Origin: a virus
Reading direction: 5' to 3' (one strand)
Length of the DNA: 64,000 nt
Virus genome (UHGV): UHGV-1364441
The notes under the pieces were generated by a model. The model was not told where the DNA came from and did not search any database. It worked only from the letters and a program-made list of their open reading frames with translations. The translations under genes and the position numbers were made by a program. Shown here piece by piece: positions 19,807-28,835 of the stretch. Each line of letters begins with the position of its first letter. Within the stretch, counting starts at the first letter, position 1.

Positions 19807-20610
19807 CTATGGTTCCTTTTTGGTGTTCTTTTGGAGCGCATCGATAACGCCTTGTGGCATGATTAAACTGATTGCCGGACTCATTACTGCATCATCCAGT
19901 AGAGAACCAGTTAACGTGATGGCGACAGCGTTCTCTAAACCTTTGGTTGCCTGAGTGGTTGACGTTTTAATGCGACCTGTAAGGGCTACGACACCCTCAC
20001 TTGCTGAGTTAATTTCGGAGAGTAAAACTTCGGCGGCTGTCACTGCTTCCCGTAAAGCATCAATTTCATCCTGAGTAATGTCCGGAGCCTGTGTTGCCCC
20101 TCCACCAGCCTGTCCACCATCACTATCACCACCGGCACTCCCGGCAGCTTCAATTTTTGCGTTTATGGCGTTCATGGCGGTATTCAGATCGTCAAGTTTC
20201 AGCGCCGCCAATGCGTCCGTTAATGATTGCGGTATGGAAACATTCCCCATCCCCTCTACCAGGGCGAACGCTGGCGCGGGGATCAGTTCATTACCTTTTG
20301 CGTGGCACTCCCAGCCAATCTTCATCTGTAACAACTCTGATGGCGTGGTGTATGGGGAAAGAGAGTCAGCCAGTGATGAAGAAGACTTGCTGGCCTCATT
20401 GAGCTGTTCGGAAAATCCAAGCAATTGAGTCGTCCAGGCCGACACTGAATCAGGATAGGTTTTATCAGGGTGAACCATTTCCTGTATTGCGCTCGCGAGT
20501 GACGAGGCTTTTGAAGAAGCCGCCCGGCTTATGGTTATTGATTCCGGTGTGGAGGCACCAGCACCAGACAGAATTTGGAAGGCTTTAACTTCACCTATTG
20601 AATCAAGCAT
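19807..20610 (-). CDS. hypothetical protein (Ser/Ala/Gly-rich)
   Basis: 267-aa ORF translationally coupled to upstream PAAR-like gene. Confidence 0.45.
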   Translation of the reverse strand: MLDSIGEVKAFQILSGAGASTPESITISRAASSKASSLASAIQEMVHPDKTYPDSVSAWTTQLLGFSEQLNEASKSSSSLADSLSPYTTPSELLQMKIGWECHAKGNELIPAPAFALVEGMGNVSIPQSLTDALAALKLDDLNTAMNAINAKIEAAGSAGGDSDGGQAGGGATQAPDITQDEIDALREAVTAAEVLLSEINSASEGVVALTGRIKTSTTQATKGLENAVAITLTGSLLDDAVMSPAISLIMPQGVIDALQKNTKKEP

Positions 20611-20894
20611 TATGCGACCTGAAAAATATCCTCGCCGTTAGCGATAACAGAACCACAAGAAAGCGGATCGCCTACGCAGACTACTCCCTTTCCACCTATT
20701 GAATACCATGCCCGTGTCGATACAGCCGATCCGGGATGTGCACTGTTGCCATCTGTATGGCTGGGAAACATGGCACCATCCACAACAACTGGCTTACCGT
20801 TGACGGTGAACCATGGAACGGTTTCAGCTACCAGTCGCGGCGGAAATCCTCCGTGACCGGAACAAAGTGTGTCGCTGGTGGCTATTGCGCTCAT
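20610..20894 (-). CDS. PAAR-like repeat protein (putative spike tip)
   Basis: 94 aa with CSGHGG, VNGKPV, SCGSVIANG pattern resembling PAAR/gp5.4 spike-tip proteins; low-to-moderate confidence. Confidence 0.45.
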   Translation of the reverse strand: MSAIATSDTLCSGHGGFPPRLVAETVPWFTVNGKPVVVDGAMFPSHTDGNSAHPGSAVSTRAWYSIGGKGVVCVGDPLSCGSVIANGEDIFQVA

Positions 20895-20987
20895 TCTTCA
20901 TCTCCTGGTTATTCGCCTATTGTCATCACTTTGTTATTTCGTCACTCAAAGAGAGAGTGAAATCACGGAACATTTACAATTCCCGTT

Positions 20988-21157
20988 TTGTTCTCAAATT
21001 GTTCTCAAATTGTTCTCACTTCTATCCAAGTGCCCAGCAGGCGATTAAAGATATTCTCAAAACAACCTCAATTATGACTCTTATTTATCTCTAATTATGT
21101 GGATTTTCGATGCCTTCTCTTTTAAAATCATGATTTGATTCTCAAATGTGTCTCAGA
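20988..21157. repeat. parC-like centromere: three tandem 11-bp repeats (ttgttctcaaa) plus dispersed TTCTCAAA copies upstream of parM
   Basis: ttgttctcaaattgttctcaaattgttctcact at 20988-21020; further copies at ~21053 and ~21136 overlapping the parM promoter. Confidence 0.65.
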
Positions 21158-21171
21158 AGTGGAGCAAGAAG

Positions 21172-22128
21172 ATGCGCATTTTTATCGACGATGGTTCAAC
21201 AAATATCAAAATGCTGTGGGAACACGACGGGGAAACTCGCACGCACATCAGCCCTAACAGCTTTAAGCGCGGATGGTCAGCAACATTTGGTGCTGGCAAG
21301 ACATTTAACTATGTCATTGACGACGAAAAGTATTCGTATGATTTGATCTCGCCAGATGTTCTGCCGACGAATAACGTTGAATGGCAATACAGCCCGCTTA
21401 ACGTCCTGGCTGTTCACCACGCCCTGCTGACAAGTGGCATTGAGCCGCAGGAAGTAGAAATTGTGGTTACGCTGCCACTGGCGGAGTTTTACGACGACGA
21501 CGCGCAATACAATCTCGATAACATCGAGCGCAAGAAAGCCAGCCTTATGCGCCCCGTCACGCTGAATAAAGGCAATGTATTCACGATTAAGAAAGTCACG
21601 GTACGCCCGGAGTCTATTCCGGCAGGAATTGGCCTGTGCGACAATCTGACCCCTGCCCACTCTGTTCTTATCGTCGATTTGGGTGGAACTACCCTTGATG
21701 TTTCAATGGTCGCCGGGCAAATGACGGCAGTTTCCCGTGTTTTTGGCGATTCGAATCTTGGCGTCTCTCTGGTTACCAGGGAAGTAAGGCAAGCACTTGC
21801 CAGAGCCAATACCGAAACGTCAAATTACAATGTCGATCAGCTCATTATTAACCGCCACGATGAAGATTATCTGAACGACAATATCAATGACCCATCAGCT
21901 ATTGGTGATGTGAAAAAGGCCATTGCTGCAAGTATTGACCGTCTGCGTACCCGCGTTCTTGATGTGATTGGCGATTTTAAAGGATATACGCATGTCATGG
22001 TGATCGGTGGCGGCGCACCGCTGGTGGCTGATGCAATTCGCGAGCAAGTTAATATTCGCGATGACCGTTTCTTCGTGGCGGATGACCCGCAACTTGCTCT
22101 TGTTCATGGCCTGAAAGCAATCGGTTAA
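21172..22128 (+). CDS. parM: ParM/StbA actin-like plasmid segregation ATPase
   Basis: MRIFIDDGSTNIK..., HISPNSFK, ERKKA, PESIPAG, DLGGTTLD, YTHVMVIGGGA align with R1 ParM as I recall it; start at MRIF with GGAG RBS (ORF track starts 21148). Confidence 0.9.
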   Translation: MRIFIDDGSTNIKMLWEHDGETRTHISPNSFKRGWSATFGAGKTFNYVIDDEKYSYDLISPDVLPTNNVEWQYSPLNVLAVHHALLTSGIEPQEVEIVVTLPLAEFYDDDAQYNLDNIERKKASLMRPVTLNKGNVFTIKKVTVRPESIPAGIGLCDNLTPAHSVLIVDLGGTTLDVSMVAGQMTAVSRVFGDSNLGVSLVTREVRQALARANTETSNYNVDQLIINRHDEDYLNDNINDPSAIGDVKKAIAASIDRLRTRVLDVIGDFKGYTHVMVIGGGAPLVADAIREQVNIRDDRFFVADDPQLALVHGLKAIG

Positions 22129-22140
22129 CGAGGTATGTCC

Positions 22141-22479
22141 ATGTCTCAGGAACGTAAGAAAGTGATGATTTATCTTCGCCCAGGGGCTTATGCCAATGAA
22201 AAGGCGGCGAGCGAGAAGATAAAAAAACATAGCGATATGGCAAGAACTGCATTGTTGGCAGGGCTTGCGCTGGGAGAAGTCGATAGCAGGCTTCCTGGAT
22301 TACTGGCTTCCCTGCTGACCGAAGTCAATAACCCGGAGCAGATCCGAAAAATGCTGGCATCCTTCCTGGAATTACCTGCTGCTGTTGAGGAGCACCCTGC
22401 CGCCATTGAGCCAGCGAAGGAGCAAGTTGTTGCCAAAAGCGCGTCGGCGCGTAATCTTGCTGATTCTCTACCTGATTGA
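22141..22479 (+). CDS. parR: ParR-like centromere-binding protein
   Basis: Small gene immediately after parM; N-terminal region with ribbon-helix-helix-like pattern and ALLAGLAL segment resembling R1 ParR. Confidence 0.6.
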   Translation: MSQERKKVMIYLRPGAYANEKAASEKIKKHSDMARTALLAGLALGEVDSRLPGLLASLLTEVNNPEQIRKMLASFLELPAAVEEHPAAIEPAKEQVVAKSASARNLADSLPD

Positions 22480-22499
22480 TGGTCAAAACTCTATTTTAA

Positions 22500-22522
22500 G
22501 GCTGCAAATTGCAGCCTTTTTT
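22500..22522 (+). terminator. rho-independent terminator after parR
   Basis: ggctgca-aat-tgcagcc hairpin followed by tttttt. Confidence 0.7.
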
Positions 22523-22525
22523 GTT

Positions 22526-22740
22526 CCTTTTTGGTGTTAAAATGGCATCAAAGCGACACCAAATGGGAGTCGTTAATGTACTGGTGCATACTTGGTGCTA
22601 ATTTAGTGCTATTCAGGCGCAAAACGTGTACCAGTATCCATCGGATTTGATGTTATAGTTCCGGCATTAAGAATGGTGCTATTGCTGTACCGTTGATGTG
22701 TAAATGTGGTGCCGTTTTAGTGTAAAAATAGAGCCAAAAT
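22526..22740. repeat. array of degenerate TGGTGC / GGTACA hexamer-like boxes upstream of parA (putative second centromere/promoter)
   Basis: tttttggtgtta, gacaccaaa, tactggtgca, ttggtgcta, gtgtaccag, atggtgcta, gctgtaccg, tggtgccg; similar boxes recur at 23715-23800 and 19745-19830. Confidence 0.4.
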
Positions 22741-22751
22741 AAAGCCGAGGT

Positions 22752-23399
22752 ATGGACATGATTATCCTGGTAGCAAGTCAAAAGGGAGGCTGTGGCAAGT
22801 CAACCACCAGCGTCAATATTTGTGCCGAGCTGGCCCGAAAAAACAAAGATGTCGTCTTGATTGATGCTGATAAGCAGGGAACGGCAGCTCGATGGGCGTC
22901 AGACCGTAATTCGTCCGAAGTGACACCAGTTATTCATTGCGTCCAGAAGTTTGGAAATATTCGAGAAACTCTGCTCGATCTTAACAATCGATATGAATAC
23001 GTGGTTGTTGATACCGCAGGTCGTGATAGTAAAGAGATGCGCACAGGTATAACGGCGGCGGATATTCTATTGGTTCCATTCAGGCCGTCTCAGCCAGATT
23101 TGGACACGCTGGCACACTTTGTTGAGGTGTTTGAAGAGGCTTTGGATCTGATGCCTAATCCCAATATTAAGGCGTGCGCAGTCTTAACGATGGCCCCGTC
23201 AAATCCGGTTGTGAATGAAGCAAATGAGGCCAAAGAGTATCTGGCAGAATATCCGCAACTGAAATTGCTGAAAACCATTATTCGCGATCGCAAGGTTTAC
23301 CGCGACTGCATGGCTGAAGGAAAGGGTGTTGTTGAGATGGATAACGGTAAGGCGAAAGGTGAAATTCAGATGTTAGTTAAGGAGTTGCTAAGTGATTAA
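22752..23399 (+). CDS. parA: small ParA-family (type Ib) partition ATPase
   Basis: Deviant Walker A KGGCGKST, ~215 aa, followed by a small overlapping gene. Confidence 0.85.
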   Translation: MDMIILVASQKGGCGKSTTSVNICAELARKNKDVVLIDADKQGTAARWASDRNSSEVTPVIHCVQKFGNIRETLLDLNNRYEYVVVDTAGRDSKEMRTGITAADILLVPFRPSQPDLDTLAHFVEVFEEALDLMPNPNIKACAVLTMAPSNPVVNEANEAKEYLAEYPQLKLLKTIIRDRKVYRDCMAEGKGVVEMDNGKAKGEIQMLVKELLSD

Positions 23400-23676
23400 A
23401 CGTCGAGAACCAGCTAAAGCGCCTAAGGCTACTGATCCGGAACTTGAGCGAAGAATTGAAGAGTTCGCCAGCAAAGCGGATTTAATCCCGGATGAAATTA
23501 CAACGGGGAAGGTGCTTGATAAAGATGCGCCGCGCGACTTTAAATCCATACGCGTGAGCTTTAATGAATATGAGTACGGCGTACTCGATGATTTAAGCAA
23601 AAAACTGAACCGCAGCAAATTGAACTTGATTCGGCATGCAATCCTCATGTTAGCGGAGTCTGAGGAAGCAAAATAA
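23392..23676 (+). CDS. ParG-like small centromere-binding partner of ParA
   Basis: 94-aa gene, GTG start overlapping parA stop with AAGGAG RBS; basic N-terminus and C-terminal RHH-like segment (NLIRHAILMLAE). Confidence 0.5.
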   Translation: MIKRREPAKAPKATDPELERRIEEFASKADLIPDEITTGKVLDKDAPRDFKSIRVSFNEYEYGVLDDLSKKLNRSKLNLIRHAILMLAESEEAK

Positions 23677-23944
23677 TGTCTTTCAGGTTGGTTTTAGAAC
23701 TTAAAAATTCTTGAATCAAAGGTGTACCAATGTAGCACCGATTTGGTGCACCTTTACATCCTTTTTGGTGCCAATTGTGTACCATATAGCACTGGTTTAC
23801 TTATGAGCAGAAGTGGGCTTGATGAAAAAGCTCATTATTGAAATAACGATAGAAAGCAATTTCTAATCAACTAGTGGTTGTCAGCCTATTCGGCTTATAA
23901 GATCATACGCTGTTATACGTTTTTTACGCTTTGAGGAATCCACA

Positions 23945-25606
23945 ATGAGTGAGGCAGAAGCCCGCCCGACTAACTTTATTCGTCAGATCATCGATGAAGA
24001 TCTGGCAAGTGGTAAGCACACCACAGTACATACCCGTTTCCCGCCGGAACCGAATGGCTATCTGCATATTGGTCATGCGAAATCTATCTGCCTGAACTTC
24101 GGGATCGCCCAGGACTATAAAGGCCAGTGCAACCTGCGTTTCGACGACACTAACCCGGTAAAAGAAGATATCGAGTACGTCGAGTCGATTAAAAACGACG
24201 TTGAATGGTTAGGTTTTCACTGGTCTGGTAACGTCCGTTACTCCTCCGATTATTTTGATCAGCTCCACGCCTATGCTGTTGAACTGATCAACAAAGGCCT
24301 GGCGTATGTTGACGAACTGACGCCGGAACAGATCCGCGAATACCGCGGCACCCTGACGCAGCCGGGTAAAAACAGCCCGTACCGCGATCGCAGCGTTGAA
24401 GAGAACCTGGCGCTGTTCGAAAAAATGCGTGCCGGTGGTTTTGAAGAAGGTAAAGCCTGCCTGCGTGCGAAAATCGACATGGCGTCGCCGTTTATCGTGA
24501 TGCGCGATCCGGTGCTGTACCGCATTAAGTTTGCTGAACACCACCAGACTGGCAACAAGTGGTGCATCTACCCGATGTACGACTTCACCCACTGCATCAG
24601 CGATGCGCTGGAAGGTATTACGCACTCTCTGTGTACGCTTGAGTTCCAGGACAACCGTCGCCTGTACGACTGGGTGCTGGACAACATCACCATTCCTGTT
24701 CACCCGCGCCAGTACGAATTCTCGCGCCTGAATCTGGAATACACTGTGATGTCCAAGCGTAAGCTGAACCTGCTGGTGACCGACAAGCACGTTGAAGGCT
24801 GGGATGACCCGCGTATGCCGACCATTTCCGGTCTGCGTCGTCGTGGTTACACTGCGGCTTCTATTCGTGAGTTCTGCAAACGCATCGGCGTGACCAAGCA
24901 GGACAACACCATTGAGATGGCGTCGCTGGAATCCTGCATCCGTGAAGATCTCAACGAAAATGCGCCGCGCGCAATGGCGGTTATCGATCCGGTGAAACTG
25001 GTCATCGAAAACTATCAGGGAGAAGGCGAAATGGTCACCATGCCGAACCATCCAAACAAACCGGAAATGGGTAGCCGTCAGGTGCCGTTTAGCGGTGAGA
25101 TTTGGATCGACCGCGCCGATTTCCGAGAAGAAGCTAACAAGCAGTACAAACGTCTGGTGCTGGGTAAAGAAGTGCGTCTGCGTAATGCTTACGTCATTAA
25201 GGCTGAACGCGTGGAGAAAGATGCCGAAGGCAATATCACCACCATCTTCTGTACTTATGACGCCGACACCTTAAGCAAAGATCCGGCAGATGGTCGTAAA
25301 GTGAAAGGCGTTATTCACTGGGTGAGCGCGGCACATGCGCTGCCGGTTGAAATCCGCCTGTACGATCGTCTGTTCAGCGTGCCGAACCCAGGTGCTGCTG
25401 ATGATTTCCTGTCGGTGATTAACCCGGAATCGCTGGTGATCAAACAGGGTTTTGCTGAACCGTCGCTGAAAGAAGCGGTAGCGGGTAAAGCATTCCAGTT
25501 TGAGCGTGAAGGTTATTTCTGCCTCGACAGCCGCCATTCTACGGCGGAAAAACCGGTATTTAACCGCACCGTTGGGCTGCGTGATACCTGGGCGAAGTTA
25601 GGTTAA
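23945..25606 (+). CDS. glnS: glutaminyl-tRNA synthetase
   Basis: 553-aa protein with class I HIGH ([12 protein letters not shown]) and VMSKR motifs; matches enterobacterial GlnRS essentially end to end from memory; own promoter-like upstream region and terminator. Confidence 0.95.
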   Translation: MSEAEARPTNFIRQIIDEDLASGKHTTVHTRFPPEPNGYLHIGHAKSICLNFGIAQDYKGQCNLRFDDTNPVKEDIEYVESIKNDVEWLGFHWSGNVRYSSDYFDQLHAYAVELINKGLAYVDELTPEQIREYRGTLTQPGKNSPYRDRSVEENLALFEKMRAGGFEEGKACLRAKIDMASPFIVMRDPVLYRIKFAEHHQTGNKWCIYPMYDFTHCISDALEGITHSLCTLEFQDNRRLYDWVLDNITIPVHPRQYEFSRLNLEYTVMSKRKLNLLVTDKHVEGWDDPRMPTISGLRRRGYTAASIREFCKRIGVTKQDNTIEMASLESCIREDLNENAPRAMAVIDPVKLVIENYQGEGEMVTMPNHPNKPEMGSRQVPFSGEIWIDRADFREEANKQYKRLVLGKEVRLRNAYVIKAERVEKDAEGNITTIFCTYDADTLSKDPADGRKVKGVIHWVSAAHALPVEIRLYDRLFSVPNPGAADDFLSVINPESLVIKQGFAEPSLKEAVAGKAFQFEREGYFCLDSRHSTAEKPVFNRTVGLRDTWAKLG

Positions 25607-25632
25607 TAGGTATTTCGCCACATAAAAAAGTA

Positions 25633-25656
25633 AACGCCGCTACTGCGGCGTTTTTT
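25633..25656. terminator. bidirectional rho-independent terminator between convergent glnS and dam-like genes
   Basis: aacgccgc-tact-gcggcgtt flanked by A-run upstream and T-run downstream. Confidence 0.7.
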
Positions 25657-26560
25657 ACTTCATTATTGCAATTATATCGTTAGCAACTACACGTGTTGAC
25701 GCCTTGCAGGACACCGACCGTCTGGCTGCCATATGATGTACTTTAAACCCGTTTCCTTCATATAGTTCACGGATGTTTGGCGCACCACTATTTGTTATCA
25801 CTACCTTAGCGCCGCGCTGGTGGGCTTCCACCAATAGAGATACCAGCCGTTTCTGTTCGTCGAAACGGAAGCTATTTCCTGAATAACTGGTAAACCCTTC
25901 TGTATCCGGCAGCGGTTCATACGGCGGATCGCAAAAAATCACATCGCCTTCACCAGCCGCCTCGATGACGCCAGCAAAGTCACCTGATACAAAGGACGTG
26001 TTTTTGAGTACGTCATCAGCCAAAAATGCCTCCATCTCTGCATGTGGGAAGTAGGGCGCTTTGTATTTGCCATACCCCACGTTGAACTCGCCATTTTGGT
26101 TGTACCGCGTTACGCCATTAAAACAGTGCCGATTAAGGTACAAAAAGGCGGCAGCATGATGTAGCTGGTCATACTTTCCTCTGTTAAATGCCTCACGCAC
26201 TTCGAGGTAAGCGTCAGCGTTGTTGTAATTTTTGAAAAAACTATATGACAGCGTGACGAGCGAATGTCCTTCTCGCTGCAATGTCTGATAGAAGTTAATC
26301 AGGTCACCGTTAATATCATTAAGCAGGTTGTGGCGAAATCCTGCATTCGTAAATACGGAACCGCCACCAACGAATGGTTCTATTAACCGCTTACCGTGTG
26401 GTAGATGCTCAAGCACTGTAGGCAATTCTGAGAATTTACCACCTACCCATTTGAATATCGGACGCTCATATTCATCCGGAGTCCGAATGGTGCGCATATA
26501 GCTAATTTCAGCCATCGTATCCTGTTTTTCTATGGCTATGCGTGCTATAGATTTACTCAT
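25655..26560 (-). CDS. dam: Dam-like DNA adenine methyltransferase
   Basis: FKWVGGK and DPPY motifs, collinear with E. coli Dam; start placed at MSKSIAR (AAGGGGG RBS, overlaps stop of upstream ORF); ORF track starts 26656. Confidence 0.8.
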   Translation of the reverse strand: MSKSIARIAIEKQDTMAEISYMRTIRTPDEYERPIFKWVGGKFSELPTVLEHLPHGKRLIEPFVGGGSVFTNAGFRHNLLNDINGDLINFYQTLQREGHSLVTLSYSFFKNYNNADAYLEVREAFNRGKYDQLHHAAAFLYLNRHCFNGVTRYNQNGEFNVGYGKYKAPYFPHAEMEAFLADDVLKNTSFVSGDFAGVIEAAGEGDVIFCDPPYEPLPDTEGFTSYSGNSFRFDEQKRLVSLLVEAHQRGAKVVITNSGAPNIRELYEGNGFKVHHMAARRSVSCKASTRVVANDIIAIMK

Positions 26561-27305
26561 AGAGCACCCCCTTATTCGCTTCGAAAACTGCCTTTGCGAA
26601 TCCATGTGGAGTAGCACTTCGAAAATTAGCCCTGTCAGGCCCTGGTGGCGCGGCATGGATTCTGTTATCTGGCTTGCCTAATGATTCGTCCATTAGGGCA
26701 TCAGGCATGACAAAGCCCTGGCCGCTCCAGAGGCATGTTTTTTTGGTGTAGTTATCTTCCTGACAATATGCAGTGAAGAAGTAAGGGTGAAAGATGTGAT
26801 CTGGCTTACGCCAGAATGTCGATATTTTGCTGACCGGATTTTCAATCATGTACGGACAACCGATCATCTTTGCAATGTCATAACACTGCCAGACAACCTG
26901 CATTGCTTTGAACTGGAAAACCGGATCTTTATTAGCCTTGTCCGAAAACCAGCGCGCGCCGGAAACAGCCAGGTCAGTACACGGTGGGAACCCGGCCAGA
27001 AACACGATGCGCTGCAAATTCTTACGGAGAAAAGCGTATACTTCATCGCTATCGATGATCGCACTAATACGCGTCAGAACGGCACCTGATTGCATCCGCT
27101 CGTCACTGGTCGATAAGTGCTGTGGATCGACGATAGCGGCATCGACACCGTATTCCAGCCAGGGGGCAACCATTGCCCCCGTAAAATCACAAAGACTCAC
27201 AACAAGCGGTCGGTTATTATCGTTCTGCTTCACCGCCAATGGCCTCCACCAGCGCGTTAAACAGTGCAGATAATTCGCCCGTAAAGAGCACGAAATCAGC
27301 ATCAA
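26553..27305 (-). CDS. short C5 cytosine methyltransferase-like protein (start uncertain)
   Basis: Motif I-like DFTGAM, PC motif GFPPC, ENV-like ENPV; only ~215-250 aa so lacks an obvious target-recognition domain; ATG start would overlap rdgC by ~88 nt, alternative GTG near 27200. Confidence 0.5.
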   Translation of the reverse strand: MMLISCSLRANYLHCLTRWWRPLAVKQNDNNRPLVVSLCDFTGAMVAPWLEYGVDAAIVDPQHLSTSDERMQSGAVLTRISAIIDSDEVYAFLRKNLQRIVFLAGFPPCTDLAVSGARWFSDKANKDPVFQFKAMQVVWQCYDIAKMIGCPYMIENPVSKISTFWRKPDHIFHPYFFTAYCQEDNYTKKTCLWSGQGFVMPDALMDESLGKPDNRIHAAPPGPDRANFRSATPHGFAKAVFEANKGVLYE

Positions 27306-28122
27306 ATCGTTGTGCTACATCCTCCCGGTCGATATCGTCGTTCTGGTCATAGAGATCATCACAGAATGTCAGGGCTTTGATACTCATATCATCGTTGACT
27401 CTGAACGACGCACGGTCCATCCAGTTAATTGCAACGGTCGTAGCTACTTTCCCCGCCTCAATGTGAGACATAATCTCGTCGGACTGTAGATCAACTTTGT
27501 TGCAGCGAACGGCACCACCATTATCGAGCAGACCCTTTAATGTGGCGTCTTCACCTGCTGTAAATCCGGCAGGGAAGCCGCTTTTAAACCACTCGGTCAT
27601 TGTAATCTCCAGCGGTTCGCGTGGTGTGAATGGAATGACAGGCAGGCTGCCGAGCGACTTTCGCAATAAAGCCAGCTGGTCCTCTGCCTTTTTGGCGCTG
27701 CTTGCCTCAACGAATACCAGATGGTTGCTGCGGTCGATCAGGATTTTGGCGAGTGATTTTCTCGTGAACGCGCGAGGCAAAAGTGAATGCAGGACTTCAT
27801 CTTTAAGACTGTCTCTTTCCGTTTTCTTCAGCTTGCGGGCTTGCTCTTCTTCGAGTTTCAGGACTTTTTTCTGCAACTCTTCCTTGAGCACCTGCGAGGG
27901 GAGAATTTTTTCTTCTCGCTTATGCTGTATTAGCAGAAAACCCTGGTATTCATGGGTGAGGTTGTCACCAAGAACAGGTGTCCAACCGACTTTAGCTGTG
28001 TCCTGAGAACCGCAAGGAGTAAACACGAATTTGCTAAGAGCATCGGATACTTCTGCGGCACTCCAGTTAACTTCACGTGAAAGACGATAGATGAAGATGT
28101 TTTTGAAAGCGACTGATCTCAT
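27217..28122 (-). CDS. rdgC: recombination-associated protein RdgC
   Basis: Aligns along full length with E. coli RdgC as recalled ([82 protein letters not shown]). Confidence 0.9.
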   Translation of the reverse strand: MRSVAFKNIFIYRLSREVNWSAAEVSDALSKFVFTPCGSQDTAKVGWTPVLGDNLTHEYQGFLLIQHKREEKILPSQVLKEELQKKVLKLEEEQARKLKKTERDSLKDEVLHSLLPRAFTRKSLAKILIDRSNHLVFVEASSAKKAEDQLALLRKSLGSLPVIPFTPREPLEITMTEWFKSGFPAGFTAGEDATLKGLLDNGGAVRCNKVDLQSDEIMSHIEAGKVATTVAINWMDRASFRVNDDMSIKALTFCDDLYDQNDDIDREDVAQRFDADFVLFTGELSALFNALVEAIGGEAER

Positions 28123-28135
28123 GTTTCACCAATTA

Positions 28136-28166
28136 TGTTAGAAAATTCTATTCAATTATCTAACAT
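28136..28166. promoter_or_regulatory. pair of inverted operator-like motifs 15-45 bp upstream of rdgC start
   Basis: caattatgttagaaaattctattcaattatctaacataattg: 12-bp perfect inverted repeat arms each containing the TGTTAGA core. Confidence 0.55.
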
Positions 28167-28181
28167 AATTGGATGTATTTT

Positions 28182-28835
28182 CTATCCCTTCTTGAAATCA
28201 AAGTTGCTTGCGATAGCCTGGAAGGTGCCTCCAGCCTTGAAATCAATATTTTCGTCGGCTGTCACAGTAATGTTTTTGCCATTAACGCTGATGTTATCGG
28301 CTGATTTGACGTTAACACTCCCTCCCGCATTCACTACTACATCAGCCGGACCAATGATGTATATCTGCCCTGATTCATTCATTCCAATCCTTGAGCCTGC
28401 TGCCGTATTCGCTATTTCATATCCACCGCCAGCCGTTCGCACTTCGAGCACATTGTTGCGGTGAATCACGAAATCTTTTGTCGCCGAAAATTGCGGGCGG
28501 GGAGGCGCTCCGTCTACTTCTGGTGGCGTCCAGCCGCTACCATTGCCTGACGCCTCCGGCGCGACGTTTGGTACTCCGCCAGGCGCATCCTGAGCTGCGC
28601 CAACTATCATTGGGCGTCTGGTATCAATTCGACCATTAACATCCAGATAAGGAAACTCTACCCATACCAGGTCGCCTTTTACTGTAGGTACAAACGCGTT
28701 ACCTATGGGTAACAGGTATTCTGCCCAGGGTAGATCGTCATCAGGAACGCCATTCCAGTCTGGTAAAACACGGACCTGAGCACGCATAAGCCCTGCCGGG
28801 TGCACAGTTCCAACAATTTGCGCTCTACGCTTCAT
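28182..28835 (-). CDS. baseplate spike/hub protein (gpV-like)
   Basis: 217 aa; N-terminal OB-fold-like pattern (GTVHP.G.MRAQVRV...WAEY...GDLVWVEF) then Gly/Asn-rich repetitive C-terminus, like P2 gpV-type spikes. Confidence 0.5.
   Translation of the reverse strand: MKRRAQIVGTVHPAGLMRAQVRVLPDWNGVPDDDLPWAEYLLPIGNAFVPTVKGDLVWVEFPYLDVNGRIDTRRPMIVGAAQDAPGGVPNVAPEASGNGSGWTPPEVDGAPPRPQFSATKDFVIHRNNVLEVRTAGGGYEIANTAAGSRIGMNESGQIYIIGPADVVVNAGGSVNVKSADNISVNGKNITVTADENIDFKAGGTFQAIASNFDFKKG

Noticed and set aside
24209-25537. Minus-strand ORFs (280 aa, 98 aa, 88 aa) within glnS
   Set aside because: Antisense to a clearly recognisable glnS; Arg/Val-rich translations typical of shadow ORFs
23700-25660. 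glnS as evidence that the window is chromosomal with an integrated prophage
   Set aside because: Both flanks are plasmid/phage genes (partition genes left, methyltransferase operon right); only the single gene looks host-derived
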